Virus record (IMG/VR): IMGVR_UViG_3300035698_026680
Location: 38,500 to 102,499 of that record
Length of the DNA: 64,000 nt
Origin: a virus
Reading direction: 5' to 3' (one strand)
A program made the position numbers and the translations under genes. Under the pieces are notes generated by a model. That model ran no database searches. It saw only the letters and a list, made by a program, of their open reading frames with translations, and had not been told where the DNA came from. Below, one piece after another: positions 1 to 11,003 of the stretch (its first letter is position 1; every line of letters starts with the position of its first letter).

Positions 1-1
1 C

Positions 2-457
2 AAAAAGTATATTTCTCAACGAACTGCAAATAAGGCTCTCAAAGTATTAAAAGTATCGGCTTTGCTAGACAACAGGGACGAAGCTAGTTACAAAGACCTA
101 GAAGAACTGCGCTATGTTCTTTGTGTCTTAAATCGAAGAATGGAAGAAGCAATCTTTGACGCTGTTTATGAGAAACATATTGGCAAGGCAGAAGAAGAAA
201 GAGTTACGCTTCAAGACCTAAAAAATGTAGAAGAAAAAGTCAAAAAAATGCCTGATAATTTCGATGGTCTGCCAGATAAAGAATTTATTGGCAAAATGAG
301 AGAATTGAATGAGTATGTCCACTTACTTGAAGGCATTGATAGTCCAACTCAAAGGACTTCGCAAAAAAGAGATACGATTCTTACAGAGATAAGAAAGTTA
401 ATCGCTGACAATAGGGACAAGTTATTTAAAAAACAACAGGCAAACCCAACGCCATAA
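2..457 (+). CDS. RavA/MoxR-family AAA+ ATPase, C-terminal part (5' truncated by the window edge)
   Basis: Frame is open from nt 2; YISQRTANKALKVLKVSALLDNRDEASYKDLEELRYVL resembles the MoxR/RavA lid; a VWA gene lies downstream. Confidence 0.65.
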   Translation, partial: KKYISQRTANKALKVLKVSALLDNRDEASYKDLEELRYVLCVLNRRMEEAIFDAVYEKHIGKAEEERVTLQDLKNVEEKVKKMPDNFDGLPDKEFIGKMRELNEYVHLLEGIDSPTQRTSQKRDTILTEIRKLIADNRDKLFKKQQANPTP

Positions 458-901
458 GGAGAAAATATGAAAAGAAAAACTTTAAATGAAGATAGGGTTC
501 CATACTTTTTGCACGCTGTGATAGATTTTATTGCTTATTTCACAATATACAAAGTATTTGGCTTTGAAATCTGTGTAGTTTTTGCCCTATCCAATATTAG
601 CACAGACATCTCAAGAAGAAATAAATGGCTAGGAAGGTAAATATCTATGAGTAATACTTGTATGACAAAAAAGGAACAGTTGGATTGGAGCAAACAAAAG
701 CATAAGGAAACTGTTCATAACACAATTTGTACTTTTCATTTAGACAAAAATTGTGGTTGTTTAAGATGCAGGGGAAAACATGAAAAATAAAGACAACAAG
801 TCCTATATATTCAAAAGAATGGACACCGTAATAGAGAAATTTTATCGTGATTGCGATAATTTTAAAGAGAAGTTAAGTGAAAAAACTAAAAAGGAGAAAA
901 C

Positions 902-1393
902 ATGAAAAATAGTGCTTGTGATTGTAGAAGGTGTAAAAATTGTTGTTGGCGCAGTATGGGATGGTTTGGATCAATTAAAGAAGTTAGGAGTGCGGCTAAG
1001 ATTCTAAAAATGTCGGTAAGAAAATTTGCTAAAAAATACTTAATCAGAGAGTGGCACGCAGGGAAAGACGAGATAATGGTTCCTGCTCCTAGAAAAAACT
1101 TTAATAGAGAACCAAAAGCAATAAAAGAAATGGAAGTAGAAGGTAGAGATGCCTGGAAAGATGAAAAATTAAGGAATGGTAAGGGATTTATTCTGGCTAG
1201 TTGGGGACACAACCTTATGACAGGATTCGCTTGTATTTTTTTAACCAAAGATGAAAGATGTGGCATTCATAAAAGTAAGCCAACAGAATGTAGGGAGTCT
1301 TTTGCTTGTAAAAAAAGTAGCTTTAATAAAAGAAAACCCCTTTTATCTTATTGGAAAAAACATCAGGACTTTATTAGATATTTAACGGAGTAA
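902..1393 (+). CDS. YkgJ-family (CxxCxxCC) cysteine-cluster protein
   Basis: CRRCKNCC ... CIFL ... CGIHKSKPTECR. Confidence 0.85.
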   Translation: MKNSACDCRRCKNCCWRSMGWFGSIKEVRSAAKILKMSVRKFAKKYLIREWHAGKDEIMVPAPRKNFNREPKAIKEMEVEGRDAWKDEKLRNGKGFILASWGHNLMTGFACIFLTKDERCGIHKSKPTECRESFACKKSSFNKRKPLLSYWKKHQDFIRYLTE

Positions 1394-1395
1394 AC

Positions 1396-2853
1396 ATGAG
1401 AATAACTAAAAAAAGACTGCTTAAAAGAGAAGGCAAAAAAATAGTCAAAATGGTTGATAATCTAGTGACTGTTAAAGACTTCACTTTGTCCGTTGATTTT
1501 GCCAAAGATGCTTTTGCTCTATTCAAAGAAGAAATCAGCAAGCGCAAGATGCTTAAAAGCTATTGGGAACTCTTTCAAGATGTTCGAAAGCTATATGCTA
1601 GGTATCAAATAGGCGACTTGATTAAGAATGTCAATTTTTATGTGAAGACTCGGAGTTTTTTCCGCGACTTCATTTATTCTAGCCTATTCCACGAGCTAGA
1701 CAAGCTAGACCCAGTGGAAGCCTTAGAGAAGTTTCTAAAGATGTTCCAGCCACCACCACCGCCGCAACCACAGCCTAAGCCACAACCAAAGAAGGGGCCA
1801 AAAGGGGGCAAAGGGAAGGGTAAGGGTAAGGGAAAAGGGCAAGGCCAGCCACAACAAAAACAGGGAAAAGGGGGAAAACAGGGGCAAACTCAGAAACAGG
1901 GAAGCGGCAGTCCAAGCGGTAAATCACAAGACAAAAAGGGTCTTAGTGCCAACGAAGCTAATCTGCCAATCGACATGACTAAATTTCGCAAAAATCTGCC
2001 TAAAATAGAAAAGGCTCTTGATAGTGGCATTCTTAATAAGGGTGATTTTCAAAAATATTTAAGTAAGAGTGCCGGAATTGGACATAAAGAAATCGAAATC
2101 GGGAATATTGTTAAATTAATTGAAAAGATAGCAACTGAATTACATGAAAGGGAACTAGATATATTTTATATTGCTAGAAAGAAAGAACTTACAGAAAAGT
2201 ATCGCAGGGAAAAGGTGCTTAAAAGCGTTCCTTTTCCTGACAATGAAATGTCAGTTGATCGTCTTAAAAAACATGAAGATTTATTAAAAACTGTTCCCAC
2301 ACAGTTTGCTCTTGACGATGACCTTTTCTTTCAGAAGTTCTTAAAGAAGGAGCTTCTAGTAAGAGACTATCAATCAAGAAGACTCAAGAAGCAGGCTCTA
2401 TACATGCTAATTGATGTTTCGGGAAGCATGAGATCTGCGAGAAATACTTATGCTTCAGGAGTTAGTTTATCTCTTGTTAGACAGGCCATTGATGAAGGAG
2501 CGACATACTTTTTAAGATTCTTTGATGGTAGTCCGCATGATCTACATAAAATCACAACTAAAAAGGAAGCAGAAGAAATGGCGAGTGTTTTAGTGAAGCA
2601 ACCCTATTCAGGTGGTGGAACCAATATTGAAGCGGCTATTGAAAAAGCGATAATAGATATTAAGAAAGATCCTATCAAGTTTGAAAAGGCAGAAATCATG
2701 GTGATTACTGATGGCGAAGATGGTGTTAATTTAAGTAAAAAAGACTTAAAAGGGATCAAGGTTCACTCTACTATTATTGATGGGGATAACAGTGGCTTAG
2801 AAGATATTTCAGAAACCTATACTAAGTTGGATTCCAACGACATTGAAAATTAG
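1396..2853 (+). CDS. VWA-domain protein (ViaA-like partner of a MoxR ATPase)
   Basis: MIDAS motifs DVSGSM, GGGT and ITDG; P/Q/G/K low-complexity linker. Confidence 0.85.
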   Translation: MRITKKRLLKREGKKIVKMVDNLVTVKDFTLSVDFAKDAFALFKEEISKRKMLKSYWELFQDVRKLYARYQIGDLIKNVNFYVKTRSFFRDFIYSSLFHELDKLDPVEALEKFLKMFQPPPPPQPQPKPQPKKGPKGGKGKGKGKGKGQGQPQQKQGKGGKQGQTQKQGSGSPSGKSQDKKGLSANEANLPIDMTKFRKNLPKIEKALDSGILNKGDFQKYLSKSAGIGHKEIEIGNIVKLIEKIATELHERELDIFYIARKKELTEKYRREKVLKSVPFPDNEMSVDRLKKHEDLLKTVPTQFALDDDLFFQKFLKKELLVRDYQSRRLKKQALYMLIDVSGSMRSARNTYASGVSLSLVRQAIDEGATYFLRFFDGSPHDLHKITTKKEAEEMASVLVKQPYSGGGTNIEAAIEKAIIDIKKDPIKFEKAEIMVITDGEDGVNLSKKDLKGIKVHSTIIDGDNSGLEDISETYTKLDSNDIEN

Positions 2854-2861
2854 TAGAAACG

Positions 2862-2890
2862 TTGATTTTCACTTATAAATAAGTTATAAT
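2862..2890 (+). promoter_or_regulatory. sigma70-type promoter
   Basis: TTGATT-N17-TATAAT; near-identical copy at 10951-10979. Confidence 0.75.
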
Positions 2891-2911
2891 TAAAGCAGAG
2901 AAGGAGAATTT

Positions 2912-3211
2912 ATGAAATATAGAGAAGCAGATTTGGACTACATCTTCATAAGAGCCCAAGACCAAGACGGTAAGTGGCAAAACCTATCCCTTAATGCAAT
3001 TTCTGACGAGCAATTTCTTGATTGGGCTGAAAGAAGGTTTGGGATAGAAGTTAAAGACGATGCTAACGCAACTGGAACCCCTTGGACATCCGCACAAAAA
3101 GTAGATTTCCTTAATGATATGAATAAGCGCTTAGGCAATAAGCCTTGTGTTACTATGATTAGAAAAGAAGCAAGAAACAAGTGGGGTAAAAATGAAAAAG
3201 AAGGAGCCTAG
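2912..3211 (+). CDS. hypothetical phage protein
   Basis: AGGAG RBS, directly after a promoter. Confidence 0.7.
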   Translation: MKYREADLDYIFIRAQDQDGKWQNLSLNAISDEQFLDWAERRFGIEVKDDANATGTPWTSAQKVDFLNDMNKRLGNKPCVTMIRKEARNKWGKNEKEGA

Positions 3212-3431
3212 AAAACAAATTAGCCTAGACAATGGAGTTTTAGTTACTATCCCTGTTAGATTCAGCTACGCTAGTTGTCGGTGTGGAAAAAAAGATATTG
3301 TTTGGGCGATAACAGAAAAGAATAAAAGGCCGACTCCTGTTCGCTGGAGTGAGCTTAAAGAAGCCTGGATTAGCCATTTTGCAGATTGTCCATTAGCAAA
3401 AGATTTCAGAAAGAAAGGAAACAAAAAATGA
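3192..3431 (+). CDS. hypothetical Cys/His protein
   Basis: CRCG ... SHFADCP motif; overlaps neighbouring genes. Confidence 0.65.
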   Translation: MKKKEPRKQISLDNGVLVTIPVRFSYASCRCGKKDIVWAITEKNKRPTPVRWSELKEAWISHFADCPLAKDFRKKGNKK

Positions 3432-3862
3432 GTTTTAAAAAAGGCGATAAGGTTAAAATAACTAAATGTACCCATGTGTATGAAAATGGAAAAGACAATA
3501 GGCCTTGTAAGCTTTGCAAGGGCAAAGAAGGAACTATCAAGAGCGTTGATCTTAGTGAGCTCTGTCCTTATACAGTTAAATTTAAAAAGGAAATTGCCAT
3601 AGGACACAGTCCGATATACGAAGCAAAAGAATTGCAATTGCTTAAAAGAAAACAAATTAAGTATGTTGTTCTTTATGACGAAGAAGATGGAGATCCAGCT
3701 AAAACATTCTCTAATCTCTTGAGTCTCAAAACTTGGTTATTTACTGCTCTTTTCAAAAGTGAAATTAAATACGAGACAATTCAGATCTTTGAAGTAAAAG
3801 ATGAGTTTCAACCAAAGAATGTAGTTGGTTTAACTAAAATGAGTAATGATGAAAATGTCTAA
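3428..3862 (+). CDS. hypothetical protein with SH3/KOW-like N-terminus
   Basis: FKKGDKVKI ... GKEGTI ... PYTVKF; ATG at 3428 overlaps the upstream stop. Confidence 0.6.
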   Translation: MSFKKGDKVKITKCTHVYENGKDNRPCKLCKGKEGTIKSVDLSELCPYTVKFKKEIAIGHSPIYEAKELQLLKRKQIKYVVLYDEEDGDPAKTFSNLLSLKTWLFTALFKSEIKYETIQIFEVKDEFQPKNVVGLTKMSNDENV

Positions 3863-4261
3863 TTGGCTTAGACACTCAGTTCAATGGTTTTTAGAATTAA
3901 TTAATAAATTAACAGGCTGGCCGTGGGGAGACAATGTGCCAGAAATGAAATAAAGGAGACTATTATGGCCTATATGCGCGGCACTTGGTACATTTTTAAA
4001 GATTGGAGTGAAATATTCCATATTCACGGACAAGATGGAGAATTTTATCTTCCAAAAGAGATATTGGATCAACTTGTGGTAATGAGATTCGCTCAACTGA
4101 GTCCCGAAGAAGTAGAGAAAGCAGAAAAAAAAGCTGTCACTAATCACGCTGGAAATATTGGTTGTGATGCTCTTTGTAAAAAGCATGGCCTACCAACTGC
4201 GACAGAAATCATTGATAGAAGAACTGAAGAAGCATTAAAAAAGAAAAAGAAAGGAAAATAA

Positions 4262-4774
4262 ATGGAGAATTTAAACGCTCTCACAGAAGAATTAGGACTA
4301 GACACAAATACTATAGTCCCTATTAAAAGAAATGTTGGCTTGATCGCCTATCGAAAATACCTTTGGGCCTTAAAGTTTATCGGGGAAAAGGTCGTTAAGT
4401 TAAAGGAATACCGATCTCAAATCGTTGAAGATGTTGATATTGAGATTAAAAAGCAAGAAGCGAATATCGACAGGATCAAAGAAGAAATTAAGCAAAATGC
4501 TCTCGTTGATCCAATATCCGAAAGAACAAAAACAAAGGGAAGAAAGCTAGTTTTGCCTGACATTGCAACTGTGTCGGTAAGCAAAGAAAATAGAAAAGTC
4601 GACATAAACGATTCAGAAGCAGTTTTGGACGAATTAGGCAACGAGTTCATAAGAGAAACAAGGCCATCTCTCGATACTACTAAGGCCAAGCAACACATTT
4701 TGGAAACAAATCAAGTTCCAAAAGGGGCAACCATAGAATCCAGTCGCACATTATCAATTAGATTTAAGAAGTAG
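4262..4774 (+). CDS. Mu Gam / siphovirus gp157-like DNA-end protection protein
   Basis: N-terminal coiled coil, then KLVLPDIATVS ... LDTTKAK ... VPKGATIESSRTLSIR. Confidence 0.65.
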   Translation: MENLNALTEELGLDTNTIVPIKRNVGLIAYRKYLWALKFIGEKVVKLKEYRSQIVEDVDIEIKKQEANIDRIKEEIKQNALVDPISERTKTKGRKLVLPDIATVSVSKENRKVDINDSEAVLDELGNEFIRETRPSLDTTKAKQHILETNQVPKGATIESSRTLSIRFKK

Positions 4775-5106
4775 TTGGGTGTATCAATCGTATCCTGAGA
4801 AGTCGCTAGATTCACCCTTGTGTATCCCAACGCTTTTCGGGGTACGGTTAATGTAAAACTATGCCAGAACCAATAGCCTACGAAGATTTAGACATAACAG
4901 AAAAAATTCCGCTTTGTCAAAGGTGTTATAAAAAAGTGGGCTTTAAATTCCATAACGAAGTTTGGCTTTGCAAAGGTTGCTATAAAATTGCCGAAAGAAA
5001 GGATATAGTTCATTAATGGCTGGTAAGTCTAGAAAAAAGAAGAATCTTGCTAAAAGAAGAAGGAAAAGGTTAAAGAAAAAGTTAAAAAAGTTAGGAGTTA
5101 AATAGT

Positions 5107-5484
5107 ATGAAAGGTGAAAAAGTTGTTGCCCAAAGAATTCTGAAAGATTTTATTTGGCAAGTGACTAGCAAAAGAAGGGTCATTTGTCGTAATAAAAAAT
5201 CAAAAGGATACTTCGCTTTCGACATTACTCGATACATTTCTTTTCTTAAATTCGCGCCTAGTGTTTTGAATAAGATGCGAATAGAGATCAGCAAAGAACT
5301 GCGCTTAAATTTAAGGGGAAAGATTCAAGATATCAGATTATTGAGACAAGATATCAAAAAACTGAAAAAAGAGATTCGGGAATTAAAAAAGGAAGTCAGA
5401 GTAACGAAAAAGCAAAGACCAGTACAGCAAAGCGTCTTTGCTCGCGCCAGAAAGGTTAAAAGTGAAAAAAGCGATAATAATTAA
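5107..5484 (+). CDS. hypothetical basic coiled-coil protein
   Basis: ORF with AGGAG RBS. Confidence 0.6.
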   Translation: MKGEKVVAQRILKDFIWQVTSKRRVICRNKKSKGYFAFDITRYISFLKFAPSVLNKMRIEISKELRLNLRGKIQDIRLLRQDIKKLKKEIRELKKEVRVTKKQRPVQQSVFARARKVKSEKSDNN

Positions 5485-5821
5485 AAAGTTAGAAAAAATG
5501 CTTCGTCATTCTGAAGCTCGCTGTGCTAATCTAAAATGTAGTCAAGATGGCTACGAATTTGGATTAGAAGACGCATTACAAGCTATTAAATCCCAAGGAA
5601 GGAAAACATGACTGACCTAACAAAAGAAGAAAAAAAAGAAATAGACACAGAAATTTTTAGTATTATTCGTTTCCACTTAATGGCCTTAAAAATGCCAGCT
5701 ACAAAAGAAAATGTCAACGCAGGAACTGTGATGTTTATTGAAGGCGTTAAGTACATAAGGAAAAAATTAGAAACAGAACAAGAAAAGTTATTAGAAGGTT
5801 TTAGTTACAAGAAAAAGAAAA

Positions 5822-6319
5822 ATGGGAAGAAAAGGACTACTTAATTACACTACTCAAATAGAGCCTGGAAAAACGATTGCCGAGATTCAGGCTGAGTTGG
5901 TAAAGCACGGGGCTAAGTCTATCATGTGCAATTACGATGATGATGGGAAAATTGAGTCTCTTTCTTTCGGTATAAAAATGGATAAGAAGGAGCTTGGAAT
6001 AAAGCTCCCTTGCGACCCTGGGCCAGTTTTAAAGGTGCTAGAGCAACAAGTTGAAGAAAGATTGATTCCTAGAAGTTTTGCTAACGAACACCAAGCTCTT
6101 AGAGTAGCCTGGAGAATAACTAAAAACTGGGTAGAAGCTCAAATGGCTATTTTGGAAACAAGGATGGTAAAAATGGAGCAAATCTTCTTACCTTATGCGA
6201 TTATGAGAGATGGAAAAACTTTGTTTGAAACTATGAAAAAGAAGGGGTTTGCCTTACTAGAAGCTAAAATTACAACATTTAGGCCTGAAGCCGAAGAAGG
6301 AGAAGTTGAACATGAATGA
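5822..6319 (+). CDS. conserved phage hypothetical protein
   Basis: LLNYTT ... QALRVAWR ... FLPY pattern typical of a widespread phage family. Confidence 0.7.
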   Translation: MGRKGLLNYTTQIEPGKTIAEIQAELVKHGAKSIMCNYDDDGKIESLSFGIKMDKKELGIKLPCDPGPVLKVLEQQVEERLIPRSFANEHQALRVAWRITKNWVEAQMAILETRMVKMEQIFLPYAIMRDGKTLFETMKKKGFALLEAKITTFRPEAEEGEVEHE

Positions 6320-6625
6320 TTTTTTTTCAAAAATAAGTGAGTTTGTCGGCATAGCATTAATAATTCTTGCGTCGGGTTTTGTTCTTTGGATAGCACTGCC
6401 ATACATCTCAAACGAAAGCGAAAAGTTTAAAAAGACCATCGCTCAGACTTATGAAGATGGATTTCGTGATGGCTGGAGAAACAATACCGACATGGAATTG
6501 TGCATGTTGGGTGGCAAGTTTGCAGTAGAATCGCTAGAAATACCTTTTTATAGAGATTGTATCCCATTGGAAGACAAAGAAGGTCACTCAGGTTCTTATT
6601 TAACAGATGAAGGCCCAGAATAAAA

Positions 6626-7060
6626 ATGAATTCTAAAAATTTAGTAACCAGTTTAAAGCTCAGTAAACGCCTAGCCAAACTCTTGAAAGAGAAGGGGATG
6701 GAAGTGGAGACTTTATTCTCCTATGCTCTTTGGAACAAAAAAGAATGGAAATTGCAATATAATCCCAACATTGAATTGCCCACGCTTCCAGAAAATACTA
6801 TACCCGCCTTTCTTTCAGTAGAGTCAGGGGAGTTGTTGCCAGCAATTCTAACTAAAACAACCTTAAATAATTATGAGCTTAGAACTCAAAAGCTAGACGA
6901 TAATGGAAAATGGGAGTGTTTTTATAAAGATTGGAATGTTCCTGAAATCGGACATGGACACCTTAAAGGGCAGACCTTTAAAGCCAAAACCGAAGCAGAA
7001 GCCCGTGGCCTGCTTTACGAATACCTACTTAAAAATAATTTAATAGAGAATGACAAATAA
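6626..7060 (+). CDS. hypothetical phage protein
   Basis: VTSLKLSKRL ... TEAEARG pattern. Confidence 0.6.
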   Translation: MNSKNLVTSLKLSKRLAKLLKEKGMEVETLFSYALWNKKEWKLQYNPNIELPTLPENTIPAFLSVESGELLPAILTKTTLNNYELRTQKLDDNGKWECFYKDWNVPEIGHGHLKGQTFKAKTEAEARGLLYEYLLKNNLIENDK

Positions 7061-9194
7061 ACAAAAGTTCAAATTCTTAATAGGAGACTTCCTAGTAGAC
7101 CTACGAATACTAAGAGCCAACATTCCCATCACTAAGGGGCTAGGCGGTGGCAAGATAGCTAGGGGAATGATTAAAAAGTTGATTGAGAAGTGGGAGAAAC
7201 ATGAAAAAATGACTGGCGGCTGCCATGGTTACCATGATGTAGGGGAGTTTTATAAAGAATGAAAAATAAATCAACTGTAAAACTAGAGTATGCAAACCCA
7301 GACTGGTTCATAACCATTGGTGATAATGATGTTGAACACACCTGGGCTGTTTCAAGCGAAGAACTGGCTGAACTAAAGCGTAAATTAAATAATATTAATT
7401 TCGATGAAAACTAATAAAGAGCTGATAAACTGGGAAAAAGAATTTGATCAAATAGGCTTCGGCAATCAAGCTAGAATTGTCGGGGTAAAGAGAGTAGAGC
7501 TAAAAGATTTTATAATAGAAGCCCTGGATAGAGCAAGAGAAGAAGGCTGGCAAATAGGACACAAGCAAACCAAGGAAGACTATCAAGACTTCCTAATAAA
7601 GATAATCAAAAACAACACAGATAGACTCGATCAGGTAGACTATGACGGAATAGCGAAAGATATTATAAAAATAGCGGAGGGAAAATGAAAAACAAACTGT
7701 TGTGCTTACTGCTAGGTCATGTTGTTCATACATATAATAAGGGTAGACCTGATAATCCGGAGCAGGCATGGGGTTGTTTGGTATGTGGAAAAGAGTTATT
7801 AGGTGAAGAGAAAATAAGCAGTTTTTTTGAATATATAAAATACGTTAAGGAAAAAAGAGAAAAAAAGCTTGAAAAGGTGAAAGATTCAGAAAATCTCCCA
7901 TTCTAACAGCTAGAAAGATTATTAAAATAGCAAAAGGAGGATAAGGTGATTATAATACACAGTTGTCCGCATTGTGGTTCCGGCGATATTCTCTCTAACA
8001 CAGGTGGTTATTATTGCAATTCATGTTATCAGTGGCTAGGGCTTGGACAACAAAAAGAAAAGCACTTTATGAAACGATATTATGAGAAAACAAGTGCCAT
8101 TAATAGCTAAAACAAATACTATAAAGATTTAATTAGTTATACAAAATGAGAAGAAAAATGAAAACAGTAGAGAAGATTAAAGAATTCAACAATGGAGTCT
8201 GGAATGCTGGTGGCGGCCCAGAGTCGAGTATTAGTCCGAGTGGTTTTTTGACTAATTCTTCATATAAGAATAAGCAAAAGTTAGACATGATTAGACTAAA
8301 GATAAACGAAATGATAGGGGTTCTAAATGAGAAAAAATAAAACTAAGAAAATGAAGAAGAAAAAACTTACAGAACAGATATTAGCAGAACTTTGGGACGT
8401 TATTAACGAAAAGGGACTAGGTGTTTGGGGGAATATAGGGTCAGATGATTGGAAGTTGGCTAGAGAACTATTTAGGCTAGAAAATTTAAATAAAGAAAAA
8501 ATAGAAAAGAGTATCAATGACTAAATGTAAACGCAAACTAAAAGGAGGGGAGAAAATGAAGAAAGTAAAGAAAAAGGTTATCTTTGGGAAAAAGTGTAGC
8601 CTTTGTAGAAGGGAGCCAATAATTGGGTTGATTGACTTGACTGAAAAGGGAGACAATATTTGTTTGTGCGAGAAGCATATAAAAGAGTTTTGTAAAAAAA
8701 CACTAAAATCAAAATGACCAACTGTAAATGCAAACCAACCGACATGGCGACAGGAAAAAGTATTTCTGGGGAGTGTCCGGTGTGTGAGAAGGGGAAGGGG
8801 AAAAATAATTGTCCCAGGTGTGGATCAAAAGTTAACTGGATAAATAAAAATGTTTATGTTTGCCCTGATTGTAATTGGGGGGAAGGAAAAGATGAACAAA
8901 AAAATAGTTTACTTAATTAAATTTGGCCTGATTTACTTGATACTGTTAGCAATTCTTATCAATATTTTAAGGCATATCAGGATAGATTTTATAACTTACT
9001 GTCCGACTGGATGTCTTAGAGCGTGGGAGTTCCGTTTTATTTGGTTAAGATAATGCCATGACTAAACCCAAACACAAGATTAGTAAGGAACATGAAAAAC
9101 CAAAAAAATTATCCAAGGAAGTGACTAGGGTGTTAGCAAAAATTATAATTAAAGATAAGTCGTTGTTTAAAAGTTTTATTTTGAGTTTTTAAAA

Positions 9195-9953
9195 ATGAGT
9201 AAAATATTCGCAATATCCGATATTCATGGGTGCTATGATGAATTGATGGCTTTAATGAAAAAGCTACCCTTGAATCCAATAAAAGACAAAATGGTCTTTC
9301 TTGGTGACTATATTGATCGTGGTCATCAGTCAATGCAGGTAGTCAAGCAATTAATAAAATGGGATAAGAAGTATCCCCATTGGGAATTTCTCTATGGGAA
9401 CCACGAAGACCTGATGCTTGATGCTTTAGTCTATAAAGGTCGGATCTATCATTCCTACGATCTCTGGTACGGTCAGGGGGGCAAAGAAACAGCTAAGAGT
9501 TACTTTCGTAAGAACATGAATAAATACGACATGGCTATTAGTCAACCGAAGGATCACATAAAATGGAAACATTTAGATTGGCTCAGAAAACGACCAATTT
9601 ATCACGAAACGGAGAAATACTTTTTTGTCCACGCTGCGGTTTTGCCAAATATAACCCTGGCGGAGTTCAAGCATCATATTGATAATAACGAAGCTCCTGT
9701 TAGGGGAGCGGCGATTTGGGCAAGAGAAGACTTTATTAATTGTAAATACGATTGGGGGAAAAAGATTATTTTTGGACACACCGCCAATAGTAGCAATCGA
9801 AAATGGGGAAAACCTTTTGAGCCGATTGTGATGGAAAACAAAATAGGAATAGATACGGCAGTTTGTCCAGGTCGATGCAATAAATTAACGGCAGTCGAAT
9901 TGCCAATAGAAAAGTTTTACTTTCAGGAGTACATATGGAAAAACAAAATATAA
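9195..9953 (+). CDS. Metallophosphoesterase (PPP/PphA-like Ser/Thr phosphatase)
   Basis: SDIHG, GDYIDRG, GNHE, FVHA, GHT and IDT motifs. Confidence 0.92.
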   Translation: MSKIFAISDIHGCYDELMALMKKLPLNPIKDKMVFLGDYIDRGHQSMQVVKQLIKWDKKYPHWEFLYGNHEDLMLDALVYKGRIYHSYDLWYGQGGKETAKSYFRKNMNKYDMAISQPKDHIKWKHLDWLRKRPIYHETEKYFFVHAAVLPNITLAEFKHHIDNNEAPVRGAAIWAREDFINCKYDWGKKIIFGHTANSSNRKWGKPFEPIVMENKIGIDTAVCPGRCNKLTAVELPIEKFYFQEYIWKNKI

Positions 9954-10306
9954 CTGTTTTCAAAATCAGAATAGATAGCATTAAAAAACACGCAATAGGT
10001 TTTGAGTTATTCTCAGGGGAAAGAGTCCAAGATACCTATGTTAATGTTTTGGCTAAAGGCGGCTATGGAGTTAAGGGAAGATTTCTACTTACTCCTAAAC
10101 AATTTGCCGATTTCGCCAATAGACTAATTGCCTATGTCTATCTCAGTCCCAAAGCTTTCAATGACGAAGAACTCTTTGTTCTCTGGGGATTGAGATTGAA
10201 TATTTTTGATTGTGAAACACAACAGATGTCAGGGACTATTTTTACACATGAAAGACTAAGAAGAATCAAGGAAATATTAAAAACATTAAAAAATAAAAAG
10301 ACCTAA
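9935..10306 (+). CDS. hypothetical protein
   Basis: ORF with RBS, overlapping the upstream gene. Confidence 0.6.
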   Translation: MEKQNITVFKIRIDSIKKHAIGFELFSGERVQDTYVNVLAKGGYGVKGRFLLTPKQFADFANRLIAYVYLSPKAFNDEELFVLWGLRLNIFDCETQQMSGTIFTHERLRRIKEILKTLKNKKT

Positions 10307-10315
10307 GGAGGCCAC

Positions 10316-10942
10316 ATGTCAGAAAATGAAGTAAAAGTAAAAGTAAAATATCCTTCTGATGAAGCGATAGTTTTAGACCCAAGGCTTATCAAGCAAGCTA
10401 AGGATTGGGAAGAAATTGTTAGTCTTTGGACTATTTCCAAAGAAATTGATATTAAAAATCAATGGATCAAGGGCGACATTATTAATCGGGCGATTGCTGT
10501 TCATGGAGAAGGCTGTCTAAAAAAGTTTGCCGAACAAGTCAACGAGTCGATTAGAACAATAGAGAATTATCGTAGAGTAGCAAGGGCATTTCCCGCATCA
10601 ATGAGGAATTTGAATATTAGTTGGACCCATTATCTTATTTCTTCTTACTCTGATTCTTATAATCGAAAACTAAAGAAGTTCGTTACTAGAAATCGGTTTG
10701 ACTGGCTTAGGAAAGCTCACGATAATAGCTGGTCTTGTCCCAGGCTAACACAAGAGATTAAAAAGTCTGGAGCAATAGTTGATAGGGGCGATGTCTTTAA
10801 CTATTACGAAGCCTATATCAAAAAGGTCAGACACGTCTTGCTTCATATCGAAAAAGACAAGCTTAAACCAGTAGAAAAGAAAAGGTTAATCGGTATATTA
10901 TTGCACGTCTATAACGAGTTCATGGTTTATCTTGCAAGCTGA
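10316..10942 (+). CDS. hypothetical DNA-binding protein
   Basis: WIKGD ... YRRVARAFP ... SWTHY pattern; strong RBS. Confidence 0.6.
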   Translation: MSENEVKVKVKYPSDEAIVLDPRLIKQAKDWEEIVSLWTISKEIDIKNQWIKGDIINRAIAVHGEGCLKKFAEQVNESIRTIENYRRVARAFPASMRNLNISWTHYLISSYSDSYNRKLKKFVTRNRFDWLRKAHDNSWSCPRLTQEIKKSGAIVDRGDVFNYYEAYIKKVRHVLLHIEKDKLKPVEKKRLIGILLHVYNEFMVYLAS

Positions 10943-10950
10943 TTTCAGCG

Positions 10951-10979
10951 TTGATTTTAGCCTTGAAATAAGTTATAAT
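10951..10979 (+). promoter_or_regulatory. sigma70-type promoter
   Basis: TTGATT-N17-TATAAT. Confidence 0.75.
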
Positions 10980-11003
10980 TAATATAGAAAATTAGGAGAA
11001 TAA

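Noticed and set aside
1750-1940. Repeats in the VWA gene and in the scaffold region (57240-57620) as possible arrays
   Set aside because: Low-complexity protein-coding sequence, not repeat-spacer arrays; no CRISPR array was seen in the window
4772-4800. Stop-codon readthrough driven by the pseudoknot after the Gam-like TAG
   Set aside because: An in-frame TGA follows after only seven codons
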